Source: Pseudobacteriovorax sp. (GTDB taxonomy: Bacteria; Bdellovibrionota_B; Oligoflexia; Oligoflexales; Oligoflexaceae). Taken from it: a stretch of DNA of 50,315 bases. A program made the translations under genes and the position numbers. Below are positions 1 to 9,372 of this stretch, one piece after another. Below the pieces are notes generated by a model. The model did no database searches and was not told the DNA's origin. It saw only the letters and a list, made by a program, of their open reading frames with translations. Each line of letters starts with the position of its first letter. Positions within the stretch are counted from its first letter, which is position 1. The stretch covers positions 1 through 50,315 of the forward strand of contig JBNKNM010000019.1 of NCBI GenBank assembly GCA_050293845.1, in the 5' to 3' direction.

Positions 1-2
1 AC

Positions 3-146
3 ATCTATTCTGACCAACTAAAACTAAACCTATTCGTACTTTACGAAGATAGTATATGGCTACAGCCTGATGGTTCTGAACTTGGCATTAATACTGTTGA
101 GCTTCTCTTCGAATATATTGATGAGAACACAACCGAATCAGATTGA
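3..146 (+). CDS. 3' end of a gene truncated by the window start (unknown product)
   Basis: Stop-free frame from position 3 (IYSDQLKLNLFVLYEDSIWLQPDGSELGINTVELLFEYIDENTTESD) to TGA 144-146; protein-like composition. Confidence 0.45.
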   Translation: MYSDQLKLNLFVLYEDSIWLQPDGSELGINTVELLFEYIDENTTESD

Positions 147-562
147 TGATTCTTCAAATTCAAGTCTGTAAAAAAACTCAATACATCATATAGACATATT
201 GAGCTCACTAAAAGGAGAAATGTAATTGATGATAAGCATATCAATCAAACCATTCACTGACCCCATAGCACACAGCCAACACATAGCTTAGACTTGGCCA
301 GTCAGTTAACAATTAATGTTATCTATTTTTTTTAGATGAATTCATATTTCGCGTCCACAAAAAATATTGAATTAAACCTTAAGATCTTCCAAATTGTCAC
401 CTAATGAGTGGACATATGGCTGCATTCCTTTGAAAAACTGTGTTATCTGGGAACTTTGGAGAATCTTCCTGAAACTTCATGAAAATTCTGTTTTAATTTG
501 CTAATTCAAAAAGAGAAATTCCCAAGACATGGGTATAAACTCTGATTTAAGAAAGTTACAAA

Positions 563-1453
563 ATGGAACTTCATATTGATCGCTTACTCATCGAAAAAAG
601 TATACAACCTGTCGTCATCCCACTTAATACCTTTGCTTGCAAAATTTCTGGAATAGGCAGCAACTGGCAAGCTGACGAGGTGAATCTTTTTCTTCATGGA
701 TGGTTGGACAACTGTTACAGCTTTCTCCCCCTATTGGAGTCCTTCTCACAGCCTTTCTTAGCTGTAGACTTGCCGGGCCACGGAATGAGCCCCTTATCAG
801 CCGACGGAATTCCTCACTTTTCCGACTACCTTTACTATTTGTACAACATTTTGGAGAGCATAAAGGCAAAGTCAGTAAATCTTATTGGTCACTCCATGGG
901 TGGTGCCATAGCTAGCCTATACGCTGGTACGTTTCCTGATAAAGTTAATAATCTTATCATGATAGAAGCAATTGGCCCTCTTTCATGTCAGGAAGCAGAA
1001 GCTCCTCAGAGGCTGAAGATCGCCATTGAAAGTCATAGAAAATCTTCCCGAAGGGCCAATCCCAAATATGAATCCAAGGCTATGGCAGCATCTATTCGAT
1101 CGCGCTCCGGACTTTCTCCTACTGCAGCACAAATCTTAGTGGAACGGGGGGTAGAAGATTCTCCAACTGGTATCAGCTGGCGACACGATCCGCGACTGAA
1201 GTTACCTTCACCAAGAAGTTTCAGCGAAGCACAGGTTCTCGCATATTTGCAGCACATTTCAGCACCTTCGCTTTTGATTAAAGGTCGGCCCAGTTACTTG
1301 ACTGACAGTATATCTTTGAAAAAAAGAATCGCTGCTATAAAAAACCTTACTGTTAGTACCATCGATGGAGGACATCATCTGCACATGGAGAACCCCAAAC
1401 AAACTGCAAAGCTCATAACAGACTTCCTGCAGACTAAACCACATTTCCCGTAG
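563..1453 (+). CDS. Alpha/beta-fold hydrolase (serine hydrolase)
   Basis: LHGWLDN oxyanion region, DLPGHG, nucleophile elbow GHSMGG, C-terminal GGHHLH catalytic His. Confidence 0.92.
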   Translation: MELHIDRLLIEKSIQPVVIPLNTFACKISGIGSNWQADEVNLFLHGWLDNCYSFLPLLESFSQPFLAVDLPGHGMSPLSADGIPHFSDYLYYLYNILESIKAKSVNLIGHSMGGAIASLYAGTFPDKVNNLIMIEAIGPLSCQEAEAPQRLKIAIESHRKSSRRANPKYESKAMAASIRSRSGLSPTAAQILVERGVEDSPTGISWRHDPRLKLPSPRSFSEAQVLAYLQHISAPSLLIKGRPSYLTDSISLKKRIAAIKNLTVSTIDGGHHLHMENPKQTAKLITDFLQTKPHFP

Positions 1454-1558
1454 GCTTTTAACTTTTAAGGTGTAGATTAAAACAAGTTATCTTACAGAGA
1501 TTACATATGAATCCTAGTAGAGTGTATCTTTTATAAAATTTAATAAATTGTAATATTC

Positions 1559-1585
1559 TAATTTCAAAAGACTTTGCACCGATAT
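1559..1585 (+). promoter_or_regulatory. Candidate sigma28 (FliA) promoter
   Basis: TAAT-N15-ACCGATAT versus consensus TAAA-N15-GCCGATAA, 35 nt before the GTG at 1621. Confidence 0.45.
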
Positions 1586-1620
1586 TGCTTGAAAGAGCCT
1601 GGTTACTAGGGAGAAAATTT

Positions 1621-2556
1621 GTGACACGTATAGCTGGACTAACAAAAGAGCGAGTCAAAAGTGTAATTGTTTGCAAAGACCGAGAATTCAAGGCCAAAGC
1701 TGTTCACCTCCTAAATGGTGCTGCATTTCCTTCTGAAAAATATACTGTAGCGACCCTAGAGCACGCCTTAGATTATATCAATAGTGACCGCACAATTCTC
1801 AACCTAGTTATTGATGGGTCTATGTTTTCACCAGATGCCTTGGAAAATACCTTACAAGAACTAGAAAGGTCTAATTGCAATGAACAAGTGAACCTTTTAT
1901 GTATGTTAGATGATGCTCAAATCAAAGAAGAAGAACGCTTTGAAAAAATTTTCTGTAGAACATTTTTAGAACATTTTCCCATGCTTCAATCTCACTATAA
2001 TAGGGCTTTCCACAGCAAGAAAACCACAAGGCAGTCGAACATTCTTCACCCTCCCTTGGAGCATCAAGAAGAAGAGATTCGCCAAAACAAGCCTCCTTCA
2101 CTCTCTATTATCGAAACATCAAAGCACCTTAAAGATACAGTTGACATGATTAATCAGTTACACAAAAGTAGAACTTACCTTGAAAGTATCAGAGACATCG
2201 GACAAAGATTCAATGGATTGATTGGAGCTTTTCATTTTTTTGGAAGTAAAAAAGGTTTTCCCAAACTACGCGAGTTAGCGGAAATGATAGATTCTGTATG
2301 CAGAAGCTATCAACCGGGATCTTCAGCACAGGAAGTTTCCTCAGAACATCTCACTTTTATCACAGAAGCAGCCAAGTGCAGTTATTTGATTCTGAAAGAC
2401 TTGCGTGATGGTTCTACAATAACCGACGAACACATGCAACAACACCAAAAACTAGCTGATGCTTTTAGCAAGCTAAAAGATGTCAAAATCAGAAACAATG
2501 AAGATCAGCAGTCCGTAGATGACATCATTGATGCGCAGATAAATAAATCGTCCTAG
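1621..2556 (+). CDS. Hypothetical signalling protein: pseudo-receiver domain, Hpt-like helical bundle and CheZ-like C-terminal peptide
   Basis: Start moved to GTG 1621 (GGAGA RBS upstream). Receiver-like pattern (SVIVCKD, LVID, FP instead of KP); RFNGLIGAFHFFG resembles the Hpt motif HxLKG with His replaced by Asn; tail DQQSVDDII. Confidence 0.65.
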   Translation: MTRIAGLTKERVKSVIVCKDREFKAKAVHLLNGAAFPSEKYTVATLEHALDYINSDRTILNLVIDGSMFSPDALENTLQELERSNCNEQVNLLCMLDDAQIKEEERFEKIFCRTFLEHFPMLQSHYNRAFHSKKTTRQSNILHPPLEHQEEEIRQNKPPSLSIIETSKHLKDTVDMINQLHKSRTYLESIRDIGQRFNGLIGAFHFFGSKKGFPKLRELAEMIDSVCRSYQPGSSAQEVSSEHLTFITEAAKCSYLILKDLRDGSTITDEHMQQHQKLADAFSKLKDVKIRNNEDQQSVDDIIDAQINKSS

Positions 2557-2753
2557 TCATCCTCAACAGCTACAATCTGGGGAGACTGCTTGGGGTCGCT
2601 AAAGTCAAGCCGATAGGCCATATCATCGCCAACATCTGTATCCTTTGGAATATTATCCCGCTTTATGTTCCAGCTGTTACCATATTCATCACTGAAACGT
2701 CCCCATTGGTAGCTTGATCGGGGTAGATCTATAATACGGCCAATGATACTCAT
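2553..2753 (-). CDS. Small hypothetical protein, possible OB/cold-shock-like fold
   Basis: ATG 2753 with AGGAGA RBS; GRII...WGRFSDEYG...VGDDMAYRL pattern recalls small OB folds; directly downstream of 2801..3685. Confidence 0.6.
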   Translation of the reverse strand: MSIIGRIIDLPRSSYQWGRFSDEYGNSWNIKRDNIPKDTDVGDDMAYRLDFSDPKQSPQIVAVEDD

Positions 2754-2800
2754 ATGTTCTCCTACCTTGCCATTCATGCATCACTAACAAAAAATATCTG

Positions 2801-3685
2801 CTAAAACTGCAATTTTGCACCTATAAACTGAGATTTAGTTTTATTTTCTAGGTTTATCCCTTCATCATCCCAGCGCCATTCCTCATCAACTTGTCCGTAG
2901 TTGAGACGTAAATTATAGATCTCAAGAAACAGACTTGATTCGAGCTGAGAACCCGATTGATCGTCGCTACCTGCCGCTCCTTTACTGTTGCCAAACTTGA
3001 TGTAAGTTCCTTCAAGTCCTAACCAGCTGAAAAAATAAAAGCTCATTTCAGCAGCTGCCATAATTCCAGCATTATTCTTTAATTCATCGCTGATGCGGTT
3101 AAAGCCCCGATCGCTTGAATATTGCCCATATTTCAAAACAACTGAGCTATCTTGAATATTGCGTCCAAAAATTCTGAAGTTTAAACAGGTGTAATTGTAA
3201 CTCTTACCGGTCAGGGTATATCCTTGGCCTAATGCAGTAAGATTAGTATTAAGGGGATTTTTAGGAGCTTGGCGAAGCGTGTACTCTATCCCTAAATCAA
3301 TATTAGGAGTTTTCAGTCCAGTTGTTGAAGATATTAGGTTTGTAAACCAGAATTGCCCCCGATATTGAATCGCTGTTAAATTACTTTCTGAAACTTCGTT
3401 ACCAGCTTCATCAATGGAGGAGAATGTATCTTCTAAAGTCAACTGCTGGTAGGCCAGCGATAATTCGGGCGCAAACTTCTCTTTTTTCGGGTTGGAGAAC
3501 ATGGCTAGCCATAGATCCATCATTCTCATCCGCTCTTTAATGCGCAACCATTCAGTTAATGTCCAACGGGTACTTTTCCTTTCCTTTTGGGTATCAAAAA
3601 CATAGCTTGTCACCACAGTTTTAGCCAAGGATAAATTTGGTATAAAACCTAAAAAGAGAGTTATTACCAAGATTTTTTGCCACAT
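2801..3685 (-). CDS. Predicted outer-membrane beta-barrel protein
   Basis: Signal peptide (LSLA), alternating amphipathic strands, C-terminal FIGAKLQF beta-signal; GAGGAGG RBS. Confidence 0.75.
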   Translation of the reverse strand: MWQKILVITLFLGFIPNLSLAKTVVTSYVFDTQKERKSTRWTLTEWLRIKERMRMMDLWLAMFSNPKKEKFAPELSLAYQQLTLEDTFSSIDEAGNEVSESNLTAIQYRGQFWFTNLISSTTGLKTPNIDLGIEYTLRQAPKNPLNTNLTALGQGYTLTGKSYNYTCLNFRIFGRNIQDSSVVLKYGQYSSDRGFNRISDELKNNAGIMAAAEMSFYFFSWLGLEGTYIKFGNSKGAAGSDDQSGSQLESSLFLEIYNLRLNYGQVDEEWRWDDEGINLENKTKSQFIGAKLQF

Positions 3686-3706
3686 AACCCCTCCTCAATG
3701 GAAGCT

Positions 3707-3733
3707 ATATCGGCTTCAGATAAGGGGACTTGA
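3707..3733 (-). promoter_or_regulatory. Sigma28 (FliA) promoter of the beta-barrel gene
   Basis: Minus strand TCAA-N15-GCCGATAT, 21 nt before the start codon. Confidence 0.7.
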
Positions 3734-3774
3734 TCATAAATTTTTCAACCCAATTACATTGAGCTCATTAAAAG

Positions 3775-3913
3775 ATTGCGAGCAGAGCCAGGAGTTCTGC
3801 TTTAAAAACTAGGGATTGTGTGGCGGGTTGTCGCTTTTGAAGAACAACACTCCTGGCTTTGCTACAGAGCAAAACTAGATCTTAGCAAGCGGGGGACGGT
3901 GCCAGCAAGACTA
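3775..3913 (-). ncRNA. Candidate sigma54-dependent small RNA with two C-rich-loop hairpins
   Basis: Begins ~12 nt after a -24/-12 element; hairpin 3876-3913 (loop ACCGUCCCCC) and long hairpin 3781-3863 (14/15 bp outer stem); no ORF. Confidence 0.5.
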
Positions 3914-3923
3914 CCTAAGAGAA

Positions 3924-3939
3924 AGCACCAAGCATGCCA
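3924..3939 (-). promoter_or_regulatory. Sigma54 (-24/-12) promoter
   Basis: Minus strand TGGCATGCTTGGTGCT with exact GG-N10-GC spacing. Confidence 0.6.
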
Positions 3940-4310
3940 GATTGCGAGCTTTTTTTCTAAGAGTTTATACTGAGTTGTAGGACGCATAAAAAACAGTACA
4001 TGTGAGATAGGCTGACATCATCGATGGGGCACAGGTTATCTTGCTGACTTTACGGTAATAATTGATGCCAACAAGTTAGTATGGCACTATTTTTAAAGAA
4101 AATTGCCACGGCAGCTATAATAACCTAAAAATACTGAGAATTAGCGAACCATAGCTATTGGATAGAGCCCCGCACTATTTGTTGCGGAATTCGTTTGGCA
4201 AGTGGTCCTGAGCCGAGGTCTAATGTAAACTTTCTCTAAGAAAAACCAGTGTATAATTTGAGAATAATAGTTTAGTAAACACATTCCAGTTTCATATTGA
4301 GGGGGATATC

Positions 4311-5309
4311 TTGCCTGACAACATATTTTTAGTGCTCCTAATTTTTGGTGGAAGCCTCTATGCCCTGATGAAAGGAGCTGACTGGCTGACCGACGGTTCT
4401 TCACAAATAGCTAAATTTTTCAAAGTCTCAGATCTGATTATTGGACTCACTGTTGTTGCCTTCGGTACATCGCTCCCTGAGCTTGTAGTGTCTGTCCAGT
4501 CAGCCTTACAAGGTAGTGGGGAATTGGCATATGCAAATGTCATTGGATCAAATATTGCTAATACCCTTCTCATACTAGGGACCAGCTCTGTAGTGATACC
4601 TCTGGTGACCACCCCGGAAGTCCGTAAGGATTTACCTTATGTATTTATACTCACCATTGCATTTGTTGCCATTGTACTTTTAAACCATATTGATAGTCCC
4701 AGCTCCTTTCTATTCGCGGTAGAACTATACTGGCAAGCAGGAGTAGTCCTGTTGCTATTCTTTATAATCTTTATCATTCGTATATTTCTAAACAACAAAG
4801 AAGAATTGGCTGATGAAGTTGAGCCAGGAGAAGCCTCTTTTGGAAAGTCCATTCTATTAGTCGTTGTTGGACTCGCTTTAGTGATCTTGGGCGGAGAACT
4901 CACCGTAAGCAGCGCTATCAGAATTGCAGAAAGAGTCGGCGTCCCTGAGGAGACCATAGGGCTCACGATTGTTGCTTTTGGAACAAGCTTACCCGAGCTG
5001 GTAGCCAGCCTTACAATGGCAGGAAAAAATAAGGGTGAAATGATAATTGGCAATATAATTGGTTCCAATATCATGAACTTGACTCTTGTTCTGGGAACCG
5101 CTACGGCATTATCGCCAGTCAAAATAACACATTGGGGTGTGTTAGACATGCTAGTACTGACAGCAGTATCTTTTTTATTTCTAGCTCTAATGATGAGGAA
5201 AACAACAAAAGGGAATCTAAATCGCAATACTGGCATGCTATTTTTACTACTCTACTTATCCTATATTATAGCCATTGGCTATAGAGGCGCATCTATAGCT
5301 ACTGGATGA
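4311..5309 (+). CDS. Calcium/sodium antiporter (CaCA superfamily, YrbG-like)
   Basis: Two alpha-repeats (IGLTVVAFGTSLPEL, IGLTIVAFGTSLPEL) each with a GSNI motif; ~10 TM helices; TTG start after GAGGGGG. Confidence 0.95.
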   Translation: MPDNIFLVLLIFGGSLYALMKGADWLTDGSSQIAKFFKVSDLIIGLTVVAFGTSLPELVVSVQSALQGSGELAYANVIGSNIANTLLILGTSSVVIPLVTTPEVRKDLPYVFILTIAFVAIVLLNHIDSPSSFLFAVELYWQAGVVLLLFFIIFIIRIFLNNKEELADEVEPGEASFGKSILLVVVGLALVILGGELTVSSAIRIAERVGVPEETIGLTIVAFGTSLPELVASLTMAGKNKGEMIIGNIIGSNIMNLTLVLGTATALSPVKITHWGVLDMLVLTAVSFLFLALMMRKTTKGNLNRNTGMLFLLLYLSYIIAIGYRGASIATG

Positions 5310-5576
5310 GGACAAAAAGAAGCTGCTCTCTAAAGTAATACTTCTGAGAAAATTTCCAAATTGAATTGTTCAGATTCTGAGTATGCCTCGCCGCCTTGGT
5401 AGGGCGCATTTTTTGCGTCCATGAATACCGAGCTATCTATCAAAAATATCTAATAATTTCCTCACAGTGTTTCCTAAAGTTGATTTTCCGACGCATAAAA
5501 TTGAATCGCATACATCATACTTTCGATCTATAAATCCCTATGTTATAAGTAAGGTTACCGCATGGAGGCTTAATAG

Positions 5577-5996
5577 GTGATGTATTCTCGAAGTACAGAC
5601 GATATCGAAGTCATCGTAGAACCAGAGTTTATTTCAAAGGAGTATAGCGGCGATCACTATTACTATATCTATTCATATACGGTCTCAATTAACAATAAAA
5701 GTGATAAGCCCTGTCAATTATTAAGTCGACATTGGGTCATTAGGGATGGAAAAGGTCACGAAGAGCACGTTATTGGTGATGGGGTTGTTGGAAAACAGCC
5801 AATCATCCGCCCTGGAGAATCTTTTACCTACACAAGCGGCTGTCCGCTGACGACACCCACAGGAAACATGCGTGGAAAGTATTACATGCTTGGTCCTCAA
5901 AACAGGGAGTTTGAAATAAAGATCCCACTGTTTTTTCTTAGACCGGACAAGGAGCTTTCGGGCAGGCCTCCAAGCCGTCCTGCTGCGTCCCCTTAG
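5577..5996 (+). CDS. apaG: ApaG protein (DUF525)
   Basis: YSYTVSINN, QLLSRHWVIRDG, GDGVVGKQP, YTSGCPLTTPTGNMRGKY; start may be ATG 5580. Confidence 0.95.
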   Translation: MMYSRSTDDIEVIVEPEFISKEYSGDHYYYIYSYTVSINNKSDKPCQLLSRHWVIRDGKGHEEHVIGDGVVGKQPIIRPGESFTYTSGCPLTTPTGNMRGKYYMLGPQNREFEIKIPLFFLRPDKELSGRPPSRPAASP

Positions 5997-6640
5997 ATGG
6001 AAACTCCAAATGAAACAGACAGCTCCCGTTCAAAGGGTTCTATGTCCGGTGCATATTTGTAGTGGTAGAACTCGTATTCGGCCATCCAAAACATCTGCCG
6101 TGTTAAACGAACCCCGAAGCCAATACCGGAATGCGGTTTATAGCTTGGTCCATCAGTTATTTTAATTGATTGAACATTGGTACCTGATTTCTCAATTATC
6201 CTCTGTCGGGCTGTAATTCCTATTTTTAATCGAGCAATGAATATAGAGAAACTTGGATCAAAAACGAATGATAGTTTGGCTAAATTTTGCGTTTCTTTTA
6301 TATTAAGTTCGGCATTGGGATTGGTGGTATCGATCTGAAGCTCAGTTGCTAAATCTATTTCATCATACTCGTCTACAACTTCTGATGCCCTTTCACTCGT
6401 AGATAAGTTATTTTGCCCTACAGAAAGCTGAAACTTGAGTAATCGCCACATCTTTATGGTAGCTTTGATCCCAAATTCTTCCCGTTGAGCCACTTTCTCA
6501 TTGTCGATCTTTTTCCCTGGAGTTACCGATTTTGTTGATTTAATACTATAGTAAGGAGATATATCTACTCCAGCATATAGTGCTGTTATGGAACTTCCAT
6601 AGAATAGAACCAATGCTACTAACATAAATAGATGACGCAT
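5993..6640 (-). CDS. Predicted small outer-membrane beta-barrel protein
   Basis: Signal peptide (ALYA), amphipathic strands (GIGFGVRL, WMAEYEFY), C-terminal VSFGVSI. Confidence 0.7.
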   Translation of the reverse strand: MRHLFMLVALVLFYGSSITALYAGVDISPYYSIKSTKSVTPGKKIDNEKVAQREEFGIKATIKMWRLLKFQLSVGQNNLSTSERASEVVDEYDEIDLATELQIDTTNPNAELNIKETQNLAKLSFVFDPSFSIFIARLKIGITARQRIIEKSGTNVQSIKITDGPSYKPHSGIGFGVRLTRQMFWMAEYEFYHYKYAPDIEPFERELSVSFGVSI

Positions 6641-6672
6641 AAATTCTTCCTTTTTCAGATTCTCTTATCTAT

Positions 6673-6699
6673 CGATCGGGTTTAAGGCCTAAGTCTTTA
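6673..6699 (-). promoter_or_regulatory. Candidate sigma28 promoter
   Basis: Minus strand TAAA-N15-CCCGATCG upstream of 5993..6640. Confidence 0.5.
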
Positions 6700-6785
6700 G
6701 CAGTTAGAGTAAAAAAAAGGTTAATGCTTGTTTCCCTCCTGCTACTTGGTTAAAAAGAGGGTCCTGAAAGGCACAAGGAGGATCT

Positions 6786-7574
6786 ATGACAGTAGTTTTA
6801 TCGATATGTGGGCTGATTCTTGAGACAATGGCTCTCTCCCAGATACAATGGGAAAGCTGGGGTGATTATTACAATAGCGTAAGATTAGCTCTTTGGCTCG
6901 GTGTCGCAGGGCTGTCCATTCGCGATTTTTTAGGCAGGCAAGGTTCTAAAACCCTTACCTTAGGTTTAGAAAAAAAACGCCAAGCCCTACAAGCGCAGTT
7001 AGATTCTATAGAACCCTTACTAGAAGAAAAAGAAGATATTATCCAAAGCCAAAAAGCTGCCATACAGGCAAGCAAAGACAAAACTGTGCTTTTGGAGCAG
7101 CAAATCCAAAAGCTGAGTCAGGAACTACTTATTAAGCAAAGTCATAATCAGAAATTAACGCAGGATCTAGAAAAATTACGCAATAATGACGCTAATGCTG
7201 CAGCGACTATGCTCCTCAGCACCCTACAGAATAAAGGTCGCTTTTTGGACTTTGTAATGTCAGAAATTTCCTCATTTCCTGATGAAAAGGTAGGAGCCGC
7301 TGCTCGCGTGGTTCACCAGGGATGCCAAGAAGTTATGAAACTATATTTTGACATCAAGCCAGTACGAGAGGATAAGGAGGGTTCCGTCATCACCTTGGAG
7401 GACAATCTTAACAGCAAGCACTTCAAAGTTATTGGTCAAAGCTCTGCACCGTTACCATCATCAGCACGCCTTATTCATAGAGGCTGGCAAACGGCAAAGG
7501 TTGAGCTTCCCCAATACTCCCATGAAGCTGGTACCAATAAAAATATTCTAGCCCCCGCTGAGATCCGTATCTAG
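6786..7574 (+). CDS. DUF2760 domain protein with N-terminal hydrophobic segments and coiled coil
   Basis: LLSTLQNKGRFLDF, VGAAARVVHQGC, LIHRGWQ, LAPAEI motifs; first gene before two Hsp70-like genes; AAGGAGG RBS. Confidence 0.88.
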   Translation: MTVVLSICGLILETMALSQIQWESWGDYYNSVRLALWLGVAGLSIRDFLGRQGSKTLTLGLEKKRQALQAQLDSIEPLLEEKEDIIQSQKAAIQASKDKTVLLEQQIQKLSQELLIKQSHNQKLTQDLEKLRNNDANAAATMLLSTLQNKGRFLDFVMSEISSFPDEKVGAAARVVHQGCQEVMKLYFDIKPVREDKEGSVITLEDNLNSKHFKVIGQSSAPLPSSARLIHRGWQTAKVELPQYSHEAGTNKNILAPAEIRI

Positions 7575-7584
7575 GAATACCGCC

Positions 7585-9327
7585 ATGACAACAAAACCAA
7601 TCTTCATGGGCATCGACCTTGGTACGTCCAATTCCGCGGTCGCTGTCACAGACGGCTCATCTCCTCAAATTGTTCCCATCCAGCAGCTTGTCTCAGCAAA
7701 TAGCACCGCAGTGCTACCGACTCTGCCATCTGTTATCCTCATGGAACACAATGGGAAGGAGATGCAATTCGGTGTGTGGGCCAAGGAACAAGGTGCAGAA
7801 AGACCTGATCAGCTCATCAGTTCAGCTAAATCTTGGTTGTGCTTGGGTGGTTTAGGACGCAACCAGGTCACCCTCCCTCTTCATGCGAACATATCTCATA
7901 AGTTGAGCCCCATTGCAGCATCAACAGCTCTTCTTTCATACCTAAGAGACCATATGTCAGAGGCATGGGAGGAGGTCAGGGAAGTCGTGATCACTGTTCC
8001 GGCCTCCTTTGATGAACTTGCCAGAAATTATACCCTTGAGGCAGCTCAGAATAGCGGATTTAAGAGCATCACCCTGCTTGAGGAACCTCTGGCTGCCATG
8101 TATTCTTGGATGTCATCCCATACTGCTGAAGTATCTCAACACTTTGCAGTGGGAGACTTGGTATTAGTTTGTGATATAGGGGGTGGAACCACCGACTTTT
8201 CTTTAATCGCCATTGGTGAAGATCAAGGCCAATTAAAACTCGATAGGGTTAGCGTGGGCCCTCACCTGCTGTTAGGTGGGGACAATATTGATCTTGCTAT
8301 TGCCTATATGGTTAAAGTAGAGCTGGAAAGCAAAGGACAGTCCCTTGATGAGTGGCAGTTTCGCTCTTTAATATACCAGTGCCAGAAAGCTAAAGAAGCT
8401 CTGCTGGATGGGGAGCAAGATATATTTCATTTTTCCATAGCATCTTCTGGAAGCGACTTATTTGCCAGTACAATATCTAGCTCTGTTTCCCGCGAGCAGG
8501 TAGCATCTATCGTTCTAGAAGGTTTTTTCCCCCGTGTTGCTGCCACCGCATATCCCCTGCAACAAGAAGCTAGCTTGCAAGAGTTTGGGCTCCCCTATGC
8601 CAGCGATCCCACTATTACTAAACACTTGGCTCAGTTCTTACATCGAGCTGCCGAAAACCTCGAGGAACATCCCTTGGGTATGTCTTTAAAGGTGAGGTAT
8701 TGCGATAGTCAAAAAATATTGCAGCCTACTCATGTGTTATTTAACGGTGGGACAGTTTCCTCCCCACAGATTCGTCACAGAATTATAGAATGCTTATTGG
8801 ACTGGACGGGAACCCAGCCGCAATCACTAAAGTCAAAATACGATACAGCAGTGGCTCTTGGGGCTGCATACTATGCGCGCTTAAAATCTACCCAAGAGGG
8901 TATCCGCATCAAATCTGGTACCACCCAATCGTTTTATATCGAAGTGGAAGCAGCTCAAATGCCGATTCCGGGTTACGTGCCTCCCAAAAAAGCTATTTGC
9001 ATCGTACCCCAGGGAACCGATGAGGGAGTTTCCTTGGAACTCGAAGGAAAAATATTCGCACTCATTCCTGGGACTCAGGCAAAGTTTCGCTTTTATGCCA
9101 GCCGCTTCCGTCCTCAAGATCGCTGTGGAACGGAAATACTTCGTGCTGATGAAGTCCTCGAAGATGTCATACCTATGTCTGTTGATATTCGTAGTGATGA
9201 TGAAGAATATAAAAACCCTATACCTGTAACTCTAGGAGCCAAACTATCTGAATTAGGTATCCTTGAGCTTTTCCTAGAGAACCAGGAACTCAAGCAAAAG
9301 TGGCATCTCACCCTTGATGTAAGGTAA
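7585..9327 (+). CDS. Atypical Hsp70/DnaK-family protein
   Basis: GIDLGTSNS, VITVPASF, LLEEPLAA, DIGGGTTDF, LLLGGDNID ATPase motifs; non-canonical C-terminal domain. Confidence 0.92.
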   Translation: MTTKPIFMGIDLGTSNSAVAVTDGSSPQIVPIQQLVSANSTAVLPTLPSVILMEHNGKEMQFGVWAKEQGAERPDQLISSAKSWLCLGGLGRNQVTLPLHANISHKLSPIAASTALLSYLRDHMSEAWEEVREVVITVPASFDELARNYTLEAAQNSGFKSITLLEEPLAAMYSWMSSHTAEVSQHFAVGDLVLVCDIGGGTTDFSLIAIGEDQGQLKLDRVSVGPHLLLGGDNIDLAIAYMVKVELESKGQSLDEWQFRSLIYQCQKAKEALLDGEQDIFHFSIASSGSDLFASTISSSVSREQVASIVLEGFFPRVAATAYPLQQEASLQEFGLPYASDPTITKHLAQFLHRAAENLEEHPLGMSLKVRYCDSQKILQPTHVLFNGGTVSSPQIRHRIIECLLDWTGTQPQSLKSKYDTAVALGAAYYARLKSTQEGIRIKSGTTQSFYIEVEAAQMPIPGYVPPKKAICIVPQGTDEGVSLELEGKIFALIPGTQAKFRFYASRFRPQDRCGTEILRADEVLEDVIPMSVDIRSDDEEYKNPIPVTLGAKLSELGILELFLENQELKQKWHLTLDVR

Positions 9328-9372
9328 GTGTCAAATACCCGGCCCTAAAGAGACCGGGTTTCCTGGAGAAAT

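Noticed and set aside
41..244. 67 aa minus-strand ORF
   Set aside because: No motif, and it overlaps a more protein-like plus-strand frame ending at 146.
4082..4108. TGGCAC as a sigma54 promoter (also at ~21729)
   Set aside because: No GC at the required GG-N10-GC position.
4141..4310. Cation-sensing riboswitch upstream of the Ca/Na antiporter
   Set aside because: No yybP-ykoY or other riboswitch core that I could recognise.
4141..4404. 87 aa minus-strand ORF
   Set aside because: Overlaps the antiporter start and its promoter region; no recognisable features.
4637..5236. 199 aa antisense ORF and similar shadow ORFs (10722..11258, 31214..31726, 48836..49231 and others)
   Set aside because: They lie opposite or within well-supported genes and have no motifs.
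9337..9359. Hairpin between the two Hsp70 genes as a terminator
   Set aside because: Short stem on the coding strand and a weak T-run; could be a stability element but unsupported.
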